64,000 nt of DNA from an uncultured Acidobacteriota bacterium (GTDB taxonomy: Bacteria > Acidobacteriota > Thermoanaerobaculia > Multivoradales > UBA5704): the NCBI GenBank assembly GCA_963761645.1, contig CAVXIG010000070.1, forward strand, positions 81,663-145,662, read 5' to 3'. Below the pieces are notes generated by a model that was not told where the DNA came from, searched no databases, and saw nothing but the letters and a program-made list of their open reading frames with translations. Made by a program: the position numbers and the translations under genes. Shown here piece after piece: positions 46,065-61,412 of this stretch (position 1 is its first letter; every line of letters starts with the position of its first letter).

Positions 46065-46712
46065 ATGAACCGAGGGCAGGAGGACAAGCTGTCGAGTCTT
46101 CAGCCAGTAGGTAGCGCTCTCCTCGGAGCGGCCGGACGGCCCCGGCACGTCGTCGCCCTCGCCGCGTCCGCGGGGGGGCTGGCGGCGCTGAGCCAGATCC
46201 TCTCCACTCTTCAAGGCCGGTTTTCCGGCTCCCATCCTCGTCGTCCAGCACCAGGATCCGCACCACCGCAGTTGGCTGCCGGAGATCCTCACCCGGCGCA
46301 CGGGGTTGCGGGTGCTCCAGGTCCGGAGGCGGCGAGCGGATCGCCGCCGGGACGGTGTTCCTCGCCCCGCCGGGGCACCACCTGCTGGTGGCGGCGGACG
46401 GCACGCTGTCGCTGTCGGACACCGCTCCGCGTCCGTTCTCGCGCGCCCGTCGGCCGACGTCCTCTTCTCCTCGCTCGCGGAGAGCTGGGACGGCGGCGCC
46501 ATCGCGGTGGTGCTCACGGGGACGGGCAGGGACGGCGCCGACGGCGTGCGCGCCATCAAGAGCCGTGGCGGGACGGTGATCGTGCAGGACGAGGCGAGCT
46601 CCGAGTTCTTTGGCATGCCGAATGCAGCGGCTCAGACTGGAATCGCCGACCAGATCTTGCCGCTCGAGGCCATCGCGGCGGCGTTGATGGAGTTGACGGC
46701 TGGAGGGATCGC

Positions 46713-46716
<4 letters not shown>
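46065..46716 (+). CDS. cheB: Stand-alone CheB-type methylesterase (frame breaks)
   Basis: AASAGG, VVQH, RPSADVLF.S, VVLTGTG.DGA.G, VIVQDE.SSEFFGMP. Confidence 0.82.
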
Positions 46717-48640
<1,924 letters not shown>

Positions 48641-48669
48641 AGGACTGAAGGAAGAGGGAGTTTCGTTTC

Positions 48670-50443
48670 ATGCCGAAGAGATCGTCCATCCTCAAGCTCT
48701 CCTCGGCGCAACGCCAGCTGCGGACGCTGGAGAGCGAGGCCGCCCAGCTCGCCGATCCGGAGCCCTTCACCCATGCGATCGAGGGCCTGCGGCAGCAGCT
48801 CGGCGAGCTCGAGGTGGCCTACGAGGAGCTCGAGCAGCAGAACGAGGAGCTGAGCACCACCCGCGAGGAGCTGGAGCGCCAGCGCCACCGCTACCGCCAT
48901 CTCTTCGAGGAGGCGCCGTTCGGCTACCTGGTCACCGACGTCCACGGCGTCGTGGAGGAGGCCAACCGCGCGGCCGCCGAGATGTTCGGCGTCCACCAGG
49001 ACCTGCTGCCCGGCAAGCCGCTCCCCGTCTACCTCGAGATGGCGGACCGCCAGGCCTTCCGCGACCTGCTCCCCCGCCTCTGCGCCGGCGAGCCCGCCGG
49101 CGAGCTGGAGGTCAGGATCAAGCCGCGGGGCCGCGAGCCGTTCGCGGCGGTGCTGACCGCCGTCCGCGACCTCGACGCCCAGAACCGGACGAGCGCGGCT
49201 GCGCTGGACGATGCGCGACGTCTCCTCCACCAAGGCGGCCGAGGAGGCGCTGCGGGCGAGCGAGGAGCGGCTGCGCCACTCCCAGCGCCTGGAGGCGGTG
49301 GGCCGGCTGGCCGGCGGCATCGCCCACTCGTTCAACAACCTGCTGGCGGCCATCGCCTTCCAGTGCGAGCTGCTCTGCGACGGCATGCCGCCGGAGGACG
49401 AGCGGCGCGCCCACGTCGAGGAGATCCAGCACGCCGGCGAGCGCGCGGCCTCGCTGGCCCGCCAGCTCCTCGCCTACGGCCGCAAGCAGGTGCTGCAGCC
49501 GCGGGTGATGTCGCTCAACGGGGTGATCCGCGAGATGGCGCCGATGCTCCGCCGGCTGATCGGCGAGCACATCCGCCTCGAGATCGAGCTCGATCCGAAG
49601 GACTGCGCCATCCACGTCGACCTCGGGCAGCTCGAGCAGGTGCTGCTCAACCTGGCGGTCAACGCCCGCGACGCCATGCTCGCCGGCGGCAGCCTGCGGC
49701 TCGCCACCCGGTGCGTCGAGCTCGCCGCCGGGCGAGTCCGCCGAGCTGCCCGCCGGCTCCTACGTCCAGCTCACCGTGGGCGACACCGGCCCCGGCATGC
49801 CGCCCGAGGTGCTGGAGCACCTCTTCGAGCCGTTCTTCACCACCAAGGAGCGCGGCAAGGGGACCGGCCTGGGGCTGGCGACCGTGCACGGCATCGTCCA
49901 CCAGAGCGGCGGCCAGATCCGCGTCGAGAGCGAGCCGGGGCAGGGCGCCCGCTTCGTCATCCTCTTCCCCCAGGCCGCCGAGGGTACCGAGGCAGCCGCC
50001 GCGCCCCACTCCTCCCCAGCCGCCGCTCGCGCCGGGGCTCCGAGGTCGTGCTGCTGGTGGAGGACGAGGACAACATCCGCGAGCCGGCGGTCGAGATCCT
50101 GGAGAGCAGGGGGTACAAGGTGCTCTCCGCTCCGGACGCCGTCCAGGCGCTCGCCGTGGCCGAGGATCATCACGGTCCCATCCACATCCTGGTCACCGAC
50201 GTGGTGATGCCGGGCCTCAGCGGCAGCCAGCTCGCCCAGCGGCTCCTGCGCCGGCGGCCGGAGATCCAGGTGCTCTACATCTCGGGCTACCCCGAGGACT
50301 CGATCTCCCACCACGGGGTGCTCAACGCCGGCCAGCACTTCCTGCAGAAGCCCTTCCCGCCGGGGCAGTTCCTGGAGAAGGTCCGCGAGGTGCTCGACAC
50401 CCGTGCGGCGGCAGGGGCGGAGCGAGGCACACACCCTGCATAA
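48670..50443 (+). CDS. Coiled coil-PAS hybrid histidine kinase/response regulator (frame breaks)
   Basis: [46 protein letters not shown]...TDVVMP. Confidence 0.85.
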
Positions 50444-50452
50444 ATTTTCGTC

Positions 50453-51479
50453 ATGAAGCCGACATCAGACGTTGTCGGACGGGACATCATCGTGATCGGC
50501 GCCTCCGCGGGTGGCGTCGGCGCCCTCTGCGGAGTCATCGAGTACCTCCCGCCCGACTTTCCAGCCGCCGTTTTCGTCGTCCTCCACCTGGCTCCGCACG
50601 GCGGTAGCGCGCTGCCGTCCATCCTCGGCCGGTCGGGGTGCCTGCCGGCGTCCCATCCCTCGCCAGGGGAGGCCATCGAGCCGGGGCGGATCTACGTCGC
50701 CCCCCCCGACCACCATCTGGCGATCGACGGCGACCGGATCATCCTGTCGCGCAACGCCAGCGAGAACGGGCATCGCCCGGCGATCGACGTGCTCTTCCGC
50801 ACGGCGGCCCGCGCCTTCGGCTCCCGCGTCGTGGGCGTGGTGCTGACCGGCAACCTCGACGACGGCACCGCCGGCCTGGCGGCCATCAAGCGCTGCGGCG
50901 GCGCCGCCGTGGTGCAGGACCCCAGCGAGGCCGACTATCCGAGCATGCCCGAGAGCGCCATCGCCAACGTCAACGTCGATCACGTCCTGCCGCTCGGCGA
51001 CATCGGCCCCCTGCTCGACCGCCTCGCGCGCGAGCCCCGGCCGGCGGTCCCGGCGGATTGCGGGACCGTAGAGGAGGAGCCCTACGATATGGGTGCGAAC
51101 GACAAAGATACCGGCGGCCCCGGTCCACCGGCGAGCCCTCGGGCTTGACCTGCCCGGACTGCGGCGGCTCCCTGTACGAGCGGCCCGGCGAGCAGCCCTT
51201 GCACTTCCGCTGCCGCACCGGGCACGCCTTCTCCCCCGAGAGCCTGCTCGCCAAGCAGTCCGACACGCTCGACGCGGCCCTCTGGGCGGCCCTGCGCTCC
51301 CTGGAGGAGAACGCCGCCATGGCGCGCCGCATGGAGAAAAGGGCGCGCGAGCACGACAACAGATGTCCCGCCGGCGCTACGAGCGGCGGGCCCAGGAGGC
51401 CGAGCCGCACGCCAGGCTGCTCCGCTCGATGCTCGAGGCGGGCGGGGTGGCGGATGAGCTGGTGTCGGGGACGGGGTAG
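50453..51479 (+). CDS. cheB: CheB-type methylesterase with C-terminal CPxCGG/CRTGH zinc-ribbon extension (frame breaks)
   Basis: IGASAGG, VVLH, RPAIDVLF, LTGNLDDG; then TCPDCGGSL...FRCRTGHAF...LWAALRSLEE. Confidence 0.82.
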
Positions 51480-51499
51480 GGCTGAAGGGGGAGGAAAGG

Positions 51500-53106
51500 G
51501 ACTTCCCCCTCTCCCCTTCTCCACCCTCTGCCGCGCCCCCACCGGCGCCAGCAGATCCTGCAGCTCCTTGAGATCGACCGGCTTGACCAGGTGGCGGTCG
51601 ATCCCGGCTTCCGCCGACCGGCGCCGGTCCTCCTCCTGGCCGTAGCCGGAGGCGGCGATCAGCGTCACGCCCTCCATGGCGGGGTCCGCGCGCAGGCGCT
51701 CGGCGACCTGGTAGCCGTCGAGCCCTGGCAGACCGATGTCCAGGAGGACCACGTCGGGCTGGAAGGTGGCCGCGGCTTCGAGCGCCGCCGGCCCGGAGTG
51801 GGCGATCTGGACGGCGTGACCGGCCATCTCGAGCAGCGTCCCCATGGTGTCGGCGGTGTCCTCGCTGTCGTCCACCACCAGGATGCGCAGGGCGTGGGAG
51901 GCCGAGCCGGCGACCCGCGCCGGCTCCGCGTCCGGCGGCGCGGTCTCGAGCAGGACGGGGAGCCGGACCACGAACTCGCTCCCCGTGCCCGCCCCCTCGC
52001 TGTGCGCCTCGATCGTGCCGCCGTGCAGCTCGACCAGCTTCTGGGAGAGCGTCAGGCCGATCCCCAGGCCGTCGCGGGAGCGGTCCAGGGTGCGGTCCCC
52101 CTGGATGAAGAGGTCGAAGATGCGGGGGAGGAGGTCGGGGGCGATGCCGACCCCGGTGTCCTTCACCCGCACGACGATCTCGCGCCCCTCCCGCTCGGCG
52201 GCGATCGAGATCGACTCCCTTGTCCTCGGTGAACTTGACGGCGTTGCTCAACAGGTTCGACAGCACCTGCTCCAGGCGGGTGGGGTCCGCCTTCAGCCAG
52301 ACCGGCTCCGGGGGGAGCGCGACCGTCAGCTCGATCCCGCGGTCCTCGCAGAGGGGGCGGACGATCTCGACCGCGTGGCCGACGGCGCCGCTCAGCTCGA
52401 CCCGCTCCTTGCGGAGCTCGACCTTGCCGGTGCGGATGCGGCTGATGTCCAGCAGGTCGTCGATCAGGCGCGCCAGCCGGCGCATCTGGCGGTCCACGAT
52501 GCGCCGGAGGTACCAGCGCTGGGGGTCCTCCAGGGGCTTCTCGTCGAGCAGGCGCAGGGCGTAGAAGACGGGCGCCAGCGGGTTGCGCAGCTCGTGCGCC
52601 AGCACCGCCAGGAACTCGTCCTTCTCCCGGTCCGCCCGCGCCAGCGCCTCGGCCCGGTTGTGCAGCTCCTCCTCCAGCCGCTTGCGGTCGGTCCGGTCGC
52701 GCATGATCTTGATGAACCCCTGGAGGGCTCCCTGGGCGTCGCGCAGGGCGGTGGTGATGCCGCTGGCGAAGAAGTAGGTGCCGTCCTTGCGGACGTGCCA
52801 GCGGTCGTCGGAGGCCCGGCCCTTCTCGGCCGCCGTCTTGAGCTCCTGCTGCGGGACCCCGCGCTCCCGGTCCTCCGGCGTGAAGAAAATCGCGCCGTCG
52901 CGCCCGAAGATCTCCTCCTGGCCGTAGCCGAGGAGGTGCTCCGCCCCCGGATTCCAGCTCGCCACCTTCCCCTCGGGGTCGAGCGCGAAAATGGCGTAGT
53001 CGTGGATCGATTCGACAGCCATGCGGTACCCCGCGCCGCTCTCGAGCAGCGCGCGCAGGTCCGCGGTTCCCGCCAATATTTCCACCTCGTCGGTCTGTTT
53101 TGTCAT
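51500..53106 (-). CDS. PAS hybrid histidine kinase/response regulator (frame breaks; 3' end approximate)
   Basis: DYAIFALD.EG.VASWN.GA, W.VRKDG, FLAVLAHELRNPL, NAVKFT, GLGIGL, ILVVDD..LDIGLP. Confidence 0.85.
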
Positions 53107-53244
53107 TGGATACCTCTCCCCGGGGCGGGGAGAATAGCAAGGGGCGTGCCGGACAACGCCGGCCCGAGGCAATCCCCATGGCCCACCCCTCTGCTACGAT
53201 TTTTCCTGGCCCGAGATGTACCCCTTCCAGGAGGACTCCTACCC

Positions 53245-54416
53245 ATGAGCCGCTCTTCCGTCCTTTTCGTCGCCCTGCTGACCGCCGTCGGAGGCTACTG
53301 GGCAGGCGCTCATCGATCCGGCCGCCGGCCCCAGGTCCGCGGCCAGCCCGGCCGCCCAGACCGCGGCGGCCCCCGCCCCGGCCCAGAACGGCAACCGCGG
53401 GGCGATCCCGCCGCAGCCGCAGCCCCAGCTCCAGGATCAGGAGAAGGCGACCATCGCCCTCTTCGAGCACGCCTCCCCGGCGGTGGTGTTCATCACCTCG
53501 CTGGCGCGTGCAGCAGGACGTCTTCAGCCTCAACGAGACGCAGATCCCGCGCGGCTCCGGCTCCGGCTTCATCTGGGACCGCGAGGGGCACGTCGTCACC
53601 AATTTCCACGTCCTCGCCGGCGGCGACGCGTTCAAGGTGACGCTCGCCGACCAGTCCACCTGGGACGCCGCGGCCGATCGGCGTCGCCCCCGAGAAGGAT
53701 CTGGCGGTGCTGAAGATCGACGCCCCGGCGGGCAAGCTGCCGCCGCTGCCGCTCGGCAGCTCCGAGACGCTGAAGGTGGGCCAGAGCGTCTTCGCCATCG
53801 GCAACCCCTTCGGCCTCGACCAGAGCCTGACGACCGGCGTGGTGAGCGCGCTCGGGCGGGAGATCCAGTCGGTCGGCGGGGCGCCGATCCGCGACGTCAT
53901 CCAGACCGACGCGGCGATCAACCCGGGCAACTCGGGCGGGCCGCTGCTCGACAGCGCGGGCCGGCTGATCGGCGTTGAACACGGCGATCTACAGCCCCTC
54001 GGGAGCGAGCTCGGGGATCGGCTTCGCCATCCCCGGAGCACGACGTGGCCTGGGTGGTGCCGGACCTGATCCGCTACGGCCGGGTGCAGCGGCCGACGCT
54101 GGGCGTGGAGCTGGCGCCGGAGAACTGGGGGCAGCGGCTGGGGATCGAGGGGGCGGTGATCTACCGGGTCGACCGCGGCACCGGCGCCGAGAAGGCGGGC
54201 CTGCAGGGGATCCGCCGCGCCGCCTTCGGCCGCGTCGAGCTGGGGGACGTCATCCTCACCGTCGACGGCCAGCCCGTGACCTCCAGCGGCGGCCTCCTGG
54301 TCGCCCTCGAAGGGAAGAAAGCCGGCCAGACCGTGCGGGTGGGAGTCCTCCGCGGCAACCGCAAGGTGGAGGTGCCGGTAGCAGCTCGGGGGCCCCTCGG
54401 GCGGGCGGGCGGATGA
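53245..54416 (+). CDS. HtrA/DegP-family serine protease with PDZ domain (frame breaks)
   Basis: [59 protein letters not shown]. Confidence 0.88.
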
Positions 54417-54424
54417 GAGGGGCC

Positions 54425-54608
54425 TCATAACCTTACGGCGGCCTGTTGTAAGCTTATGACGCCTCGCACAGCCTTGAAACGCTCCGCAGAACCTTACGGC
54501 GGCACGGCCCGTATAACCTTATGACGCGGCGTTTTAAGCTTACGACGGCCCACGAATTACGGCGAGACCTTTTAAGCTCGGCGGCTCGTCATGTTATGAC
54601 GAGCCGCC
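54425..54608. repeat. Degenerate ~21-bp repeats (TAA[C/G]CTTA[C/T]G[A/G]CG core) ending in a 13-bp inverted repeat
   Basis: ataaccttacggcgg / gtaagcttatgacg / gaaccttacggcgg / ataaccttatgacg / ttaagcttacgacg; GGCGGCTCGTCAT-GTT-ATGACGAGCCGCC at 54580-54608. Confidence 0.7.
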
Positions 54609-54643
54609 CCCCTCCGGCACGCCCCCTGCATTTCCCCCGGTCC

Positions 54644-56664
54644 GTGGCAACTACGAAGAAGACGGCGCCCGCCAAGTCCCCCGCGAAGAAGAAGACCGCC
54701 TCCAAGCCCCGCCCCCGCAAGGCTTCCGCTCCCGTCGCCCGCCGACTCCCCATCGGCGCCGAGCATGGCACGCCGGAGGCGTGCAGCTTCCGGGTCTGGG
54801 CGCCCGGACCCGGAAGCAGGTCGAGGTGGTCTTCGAAGAGGCCTCCGAGACTGGCCCGTCGGAAAGGGTGAGGTGGAGGCCCGAAGAGTGGCCGGTCGAG
54901 TTCGAGCTGACCTCCGAGAAGGACGGCTACTTCTCGGGCTCGTCCCGGGGCCGGCGCGGGCGCGCTCTACAAGCTGCGGCTCGACGGCGGCGACGCCTTC
55001 CCCGATCCGGCCTCGCGCTTCCAGCCCGAGGGGCCGCACGGCCCCTCGCAGGTGGTCGATCCCTCGGCCTTCCCCTGGACCGACGGCGACTGGCCCGGCA
55101 TCGGCCGCGACGGCCAGGTGGTCTACGAGATGCACGTCGGCACGTTCACCCCGGAGGGGACCTGGGAGGCCGCCTCGCGGGAGCTGCCCGAGCTGGCGGA
55201 TCTCGGGATCACCGTGATCGAGATGATGCCGGTCGCCGAGTTCCCCGGCCGCTTCGGCTGGGGGTACGACGGCGTCGACCTCTTCGCCCCCTATCACCTC
55301 TACGGCGAGCCGGACGACCTCCGCCGCTTCGTCGACCGCGCCCACGCGGCGGGGATCGGGGTGATCCTCGACGTGGTCTACAACCACCTCGGGCCGGACG
55401 GCAACTATCTCAAGCAGTTCTCCCCCGAGCTACTTCACCGACAAGTACAAGAACGACTGGGGGCAGGCGATCAACTTCGACGGCGAGGGCGCCGGGCCGG
55501 TGCGCGAGTTCTTCCTCGCCAACGCCGGCTACTGGATCGACGAGTTCCACCTCGACGGCCTGCGGCTCGACGCCACCCAGGACGTCAAGGACGCCTCGGA
55601 CGGACCACATCCTCGCCGCCGTGGTCCGCCGGGCGCGCGAGGCCGCGGGCGGGCGCTCGATCTACACTGGTGGCCGAGAACGAGCCGCAGGCATACGCGA
55701 TCTGGTCCGCCCGCCCGCGGAGGGGGGCTATGGCATCGACGCGCTGTGGAACGACGACTTCCACCACTCGGCGCAGGTGGCCCTGACCGGCCGCAACGAG
55801 GCCTACTACAAGGACTACAAGGGCTCGCCCGCAGGAGATGATCTCGCTCGTCAAGTACGGCTACCTCTACCAGGGGCAGCGCTACTCGTGGCAGGAGCAG
55901 CGCCGGGGGACCTCGGGGCTGGGGCTGCCGGCGGCGGCGTTCGTCAACTTCCTCCAGAACCACGATCAGGTGGCCAACTCCGCCCGCGGCGAGCGCTGCC
56001 ACAAGCTCGCCAGCCCCGGCCGCTTCCGGGCGCTGACCGCCCTGCTGCTGCTCGCGCCGGGGACGCCGATGCTCTTCCAGGGGCAGGAGTTCTGCGCCTC
56101 CAGCCCGTTCCTCTACTTCGCGGACCACAACCCGGAGCTGGCGGCGGCGGTGCGCGACGGCCGGCTGGAGTTCCTGTCGCAGTTCCCCAGCCTGGCGCTG
56201 CCCGAGACGCAGGCGGGGGTGCCGCGATCCCGAGTCCCCCGAGAGCTTCGAGCGCTGCAAGCTCGACCTCGCGGAGCGGGAGCGGCACGCCACGTGCTAC
56301 GCCCTGCACAAGGACCTGCTGCGGCTGCGCCGGGAGGACCCGGTGTTCCGCGGTCAGGGAGCAGGGGTGGCTCGACGGCGCGGTGCTCGGGCCGGAGGCG
56401 TTCGTCCTCCGCTTCTTCGGCGAGGAACGCCGAGGACCGCCTGCTGCTGGTCAACCTCGGGATCGATCTGGAGCTCGAGCCGGTGCCGGAGCCGCTGCTG
56501 GCGCCGCTGACCGGCCAGCGGTGGGAGGTGCTCTGGTCGAGCGAGGACCCGCGCTACGGCGGCAGCGGCGCGCCGCCGCCGGAGGATGAGGAAGGGTGCT
56601 GGCGCCTGCCCGGGCAGGCGGCGGTGGTGATGAGACTGGTCGCGAGGAGAAGGAGAACCGATGA
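54644..56664 (+). CDS. treZ: Malto-oligosyltrehalose trehalohydrolase (GH13; many frame breaks)
   Basis: [70 protein letters not shown]. Confidence 0.85.
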
Positions 56665-58810
56665 ATGGACTGGCCCGATCCATGCCGTGGCCCGAGCGCG
56701 ACGCTCGACCCGAGCAGGAGAAGACATACCCCTGGAAACCTTGCCGGAATCGCTGCTGACGCGCGAGTGGCTGGTCACCAACGGCCTCGGGGGGTATGCC
56801 TCGGGGACGCTGGCCGGAGTGCCCACCCGGCGTTATCACGGCCTGCTGGTGGCGGCGATGCCCGCGCCGGTGGGGCGCGCGTTCATGCTCGGCCAGATCG
56901 AGGAGGTGCTCCGCCTGCCGGACGGCACCATCGTCAGCCTCGGGGGCGAGCAGAAGGTGGGGCAGCCCCCCTACGTGCCGGGCGCCGGGCACCTGCGGGA
57001 GTTCCGCCTGGAGTGGGGGCTGCCCGTCTGGACCTACGAGGTCGGGGGGTTCCGCCTCGAGAAGCGGGTCTTCCTCGGGCATCTGCAGAACACCGTCCAC
57101 GTGATGTACCGGCTGGCGATGGGCGACGGGCGCGTGCGCCTGGAGCTCCACCCGACGGTCCACTTCCGCCCGCACGACGCGCCGGTCTCGACGCCGCTGG
57201 GCGGACCCTACACGCTGACCGTCGTCGAGCACCGCTACGAGCTCTGCTCCCCGTGGCCGAACATGCCCCCGCTGCGCCTGTCGCTGCGGGGGACGAACCC
57301 GTCCTTCACCGTGGCGCCGCGCGAGATCGAGGAGGTCTACTACAACGTCGAGGCCCGCCGCGGCTACGAGTCGGCGGGCGACCTCTGGTGCCCCGGCTTC
57401 TTCGGCATGGATCTCGAGTCCGGGGACGAGGCATCGCTGGTCGCCTCGACCGAGACCTGGGAGGTGGTGAAGGCCCTGCGGTCCCGCGAGGCCTTCTCGG
57501 CCGAGATGGAGCGGCGCCGGCGGCTGATCTACAACGCCGACCCGCGCGCCCACCAGGGGACCGCCGCCGAGATGGTGCTGGCCGCCGACAGCTTCGTGGT
57601 CACCCCCGGCCGCTCCGAGGACGCCGCCCGCGCCCACGCCTCCGGCGACGAGGCGCGCAGCGTCATCGCCGGCTACCACTGGTTCACCGACTGGGGACGG
57701 GACACCATGATCAGCCTGGAAGGGCTGACGCTCTCCACCGGCCGGCAGCTCGAGGCCGGCTACATCCTGCGCACCTTCGCCCGCTACGTGAAGGACGGGC
57801 TGATCCCCAACCTCTTCCCCGAGGGGGACCGCGAAGGGCTCTACCACACGGCGGACGCCACGCTCTGGTTCTTCCACGCCCTCCACCGCTACCTGCAGGC
57901 GACGGACGACCGCGAGACGCTGCGGCTCCTGCTGCCGAAGCTGCTCGACATCGTGGACCACCACCTGCACGGCACGCACTTCGGCATCGGCGTCGATCCC
58001 CAGGACGGGCTGCTGCGCCAGGGGGCGGAGGGGTACCAGCTCACCTGGATGGACGCCAAGGTGGACGACTGGGTGGTGACGCCGCGGCGGGGCAAGGCGG
58101 TGGAGATCAACGCCCTCTGGTACAACGCCCTGCGCCTGCTGGAGGGGTGGGTGCGCCAGGAGGCGGATGGCTCGAAACGGGAGGAGACCGCCAGCCATCT
58201 CGCCGGGCACGCGGAGCGCTGCCGGGAGTCGTTCAACCAGCGCTTCTGGTACGCCGAGGGGGGCTACCTCTACGACGTGGTGGACGGGGCGGTGGACGGC
58301 GAGCCGGGGGACGACCCCGCCTGCCGGCCGAACCAGGTGTTCGCGATCTCCCTGGACCATCCGGTGCTCGACCCGGCGCGCTGGGAGCCGGTGATGAAGG
58401 TGGTCACCGAGCGCCTGCTCACCCCCGTGGGCCTGCGCTCGCTGGCGCCGGGCCATCCGGACTACAAGCCGACCTACGACGGCGACCTGAGATCCCGCGA
58501 CGCCGCCTACCATCAGGGCACGGTCTGGGGCTGGCTGATCGGCCCCTACGTGGACGCCTGGCTGCGGCTCCACCCGGGAGAGGCGAAAAACGCCAGGAGA
58601 TTCCTCGAGGGCTTCGTGCCCCACCTGGGGGAATCCTGCCTGGGCTCGATCAGCGAGGTCTTCGACGCCGAGCCCCCCTACACCCCCCGCGGCTGCGTCG
58701 CCCAGGCCTGGAGCGTCGCCGAGGTGCTCCGCTGCTGGGTCAAGACGGCGGGGCCGGAGGAGGTGGAGGAGGATCTGATGGTGCGGGAGGAGGCGGTGGT
58801 GACGGGGTAG
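56661..58810 (+). CDS. Amylo-alpha-1,6-glucosidase (GH133-type glycogen debranching enzyme)
   Basis: EWLVTNGLGGYASG, TRRYHGLL, IAGYHWFTDWGRDTMISL, LTWMDAK, CRPNQ, AYHQGTVW, QAWSVAE. Confidence 0.9.
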
Positions 58811-58812
58811 GG

Positions 58813-60158
58813 CTACCCCATCTCCATGATCTCCGCCAGCGTCGCCCGCCGGATCGGCAGATCCTTCGGCAGCCACGCCTCGAACCCCGGGCTCGCGAAC
58901 AGCGCCTGATCCCCCGGGTAGGTGGGGACCAGGTAGGCCGGGAAACGCTCGAAGATCTCCAGGTCGCTCCGCTTCCTGCGCTTCTGGACGGCGGCGCGGG
59001 CGGCGGCGGCGGCGTCCAGGTGCCCGGTGATCCAGTTCAGGGCGCGGAACTGGGCGATCGTGCGCTCGTCGGTGAGGCGGGGCGCCTCGGGGGTGGCGGC
59101 GGGAGGCGGCGGCGGGCGAGATCCCCAGCTTGCCCAGGCCGCGCCGGAGGAACTCGCGGGGGCCGTAGCCCTGCCAGCGCACCTTGAAGCCCTCCCAGGT
59201 GTTCGCCGGCGGCAGCTCGACGGCGGACGGACGGAGCCTGCGCCGGTCCCCTGGGGGCCGTATTGGCGATGTGGCCGGCGTAGGGGTCGATCCGCAGGGT
59301 CTCCATCCCCGGATTGGCGAGGAGGAGCGCCTCGGTGCGCGAGAGGAGGGTCAGCATCACCGCCGGCAGGATCTTCTCCCAGAGGCCATCCTCGTAATTC
59401 TTGTAGGCCGTCAGATACGCGTTCCGCTCGAACAGGAAGCCGCGGTTGTAGAGCCCCAGCAGGTCGCTGGTGGCGCTGGAGCGGTGGTGGACGACCGCCC
59501 CCGGGGCGAAGACGATCCGCTCGCCGCCGGACCAGAGGCGCCAGCCGAGGTCCACGTCCTCCAGATAGGCGAAGTAGCTCTCGTCGAAGCCGCCGGCCGC
59601 CAGGAACGAGGCGCGGCGGATCAGCAGGTTGCCGCCGCAGGCGAAGGCGAGCTCCTCCCCCGCCGCCGGCACCCGCGCCGTCTTCAGCGGCCGGCGGAAA
59701 TCGAGCTGGAAGGCGTGGCCGTCGAAGGTCATCAGGCCGCGGCCGAAATCGAGCCGCTCGCCGTTCCAGTCGACGATCTTGCCCGAGACGGCGGCCACGT
59801 CGGCGGGGGCCGAGGCCAGGGTCTCCACCAGCGAGCCGAGCCAGCCCGGCTCGGGGCGGGTGTCGTTGTTGAGCAGGGCGATGGCGTCGCCGTCCGCCTC
59901 GGCGGCCAGACGGTTGTTGCCGCCGCAGAAGCCGAGGTTGACCGCGCTCTCGACGAGGCGGACGCGGCGATCGCCCCCCCACCGCTCGCGCATCCAGGCG
60001 GCGGTGCCGTCCGTGGAGCCGTTGTCGAGGACGAGGATCTCCCAATCGACGCCCGGGTCCTGCTGGGCGGCCAGCGCGGTGAGGCAGGTCTCCAGGTGCT
60101 GGCGGCCGTTCCAGGAGAGGATGGCGACCGTGACTTTCCGGATCGGGGAGGAGATCAA
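58813..60158 (-). CDS. Glycosyltransferase family 2 (WbbL/RfbF-like; frame break near 59200)
   Basis: ILSWNG, LDNGSTDG, NLGFCGGNN, LLNND, GGFDE.YFAY.EDVDLGWR. Confidence 0.85.
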
Positions 60159-61412
60159 GCCATCCTCCCCCGCCAGCCCCGCAGCTTGCGGCGCAGGCGG
60201 AAGGCGAGGCGGTCCGGCGGCGCCACGGTCGCGGGGCGCTGGCCGAAGCGCTCCTTGGTGGCGTCCAGCCACGGATCGCGGCAGAAGCGGACGAGCGGCG
60301 CCAGCACGCGGTCCCAGCGGAAGGCGGCGACGAGCTCGCGGGCGCCCGCCTGGCGGGAGCCGGGATCGTCGAGCGCCTCGGCGAGGGTCCGCGCCAGGGC
60401 GGGGGCGTCGCCGGCCGGCGCGATCCAGCCGGCGCGGTGCTCGGCGAGGAGGCGGCTCATCGCGCCCCCCTCGCTGGTCACCACCGGGCAGCCGGCGGCC
60501 AGGGCGTCGAGGAAACGGGTGCGCAACGAGAGGCGCGTCTCCAGGCTCGGCCGGTGGGGGGCGACGAGGAGGTCGACGTCGCGCAGCAGGTCGTAGCGCC
60601 GCTCGGCCGGCACCCAGTCGTGGACCTGGACGCGGCTCCCCCACCAGCCGAGCGAGCGGCAGCGCGCCTCGACGGCGGCGAACAGGCGCTGCGGCGTGCT
60701 CTCCGGGTTGGGGTTGCGGATGAGCAGCAGGGTCCACGGGCGGTCGAGGAGCGCCAGGGCGTCGAGCAGCGTCCAGGGGTCGTACCAGTCGTAGAGGCCG
60801 CCGAAGAGGAGCCGCCGCTCGCCGGCCGCGCGCGGCGGGCAGCACCGGACGGTGAGCGGGCAGCGCGTCCGGCACGCCGAAGGGGACGGGCGCGAGGAGC
60901 GTCGCGAGGTCCGGGTCCCCCTGAATCCGCTCGGGGTTCACCCGGCCGAGGGCGGCGAGGAACCCCAGGTAGAAGGTCCGCTGCTCCTCCGACGAGCAGA
61001 GGAAGAAGTCGCCGCGCGACATCTGGAGCGCCCAGGTGGCGTGGTCGTTGCGGTAGGGGTCGAGCCCCAGCGTCTCGAAGTAGGCGAAGTTCTCGATCAG
61101 CCAGGGATCGTAGAGGTCGATCGCCACCGGCAGGCCGGGCATTTCGAGGACGAGGTCGTTCGCGAGCTGCCCCTGGGCCACGGCGGCGTCGCAATCCCCG
61201 AGGATCGCCGCCAGCCGCCCCCGCTCGAAGCGGCGGACCTCGACCCCGCCGAGACCGCCGAGCGCCGCCGTCTCCGCCGGCTCCGCGGGCGAGACCAGGA
61301 CCACCTCCACCCCCGCGGCCGGCAGCCGCCGCGCGAACTCCAGATAGCGGATGCCGATCCCCGCCATCAGGGGGCGGATCGGCTCGCTGGAGAGGAGGGC
61401 GACGCGGGTCAC
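60155..61412 (-). CDS. Glycosyltransferase family 4 (frame breaks)
   Basis: MAGIGIR..E.AR.L, IDLYDP, FFLCSSEEQR, VPFG, GG.YDWYDP, ETRLS.RTR.LD.LAAG.PVV, F.W..V..PL. Confidence 0.8.

Noticed and set aside
55838-58810. TreZ-debranching enzyme fusion (990 aa)
   Set aside because: Produced by frame breaks; an RBS and ATGA overlap at 56661-56664 indicate two genes
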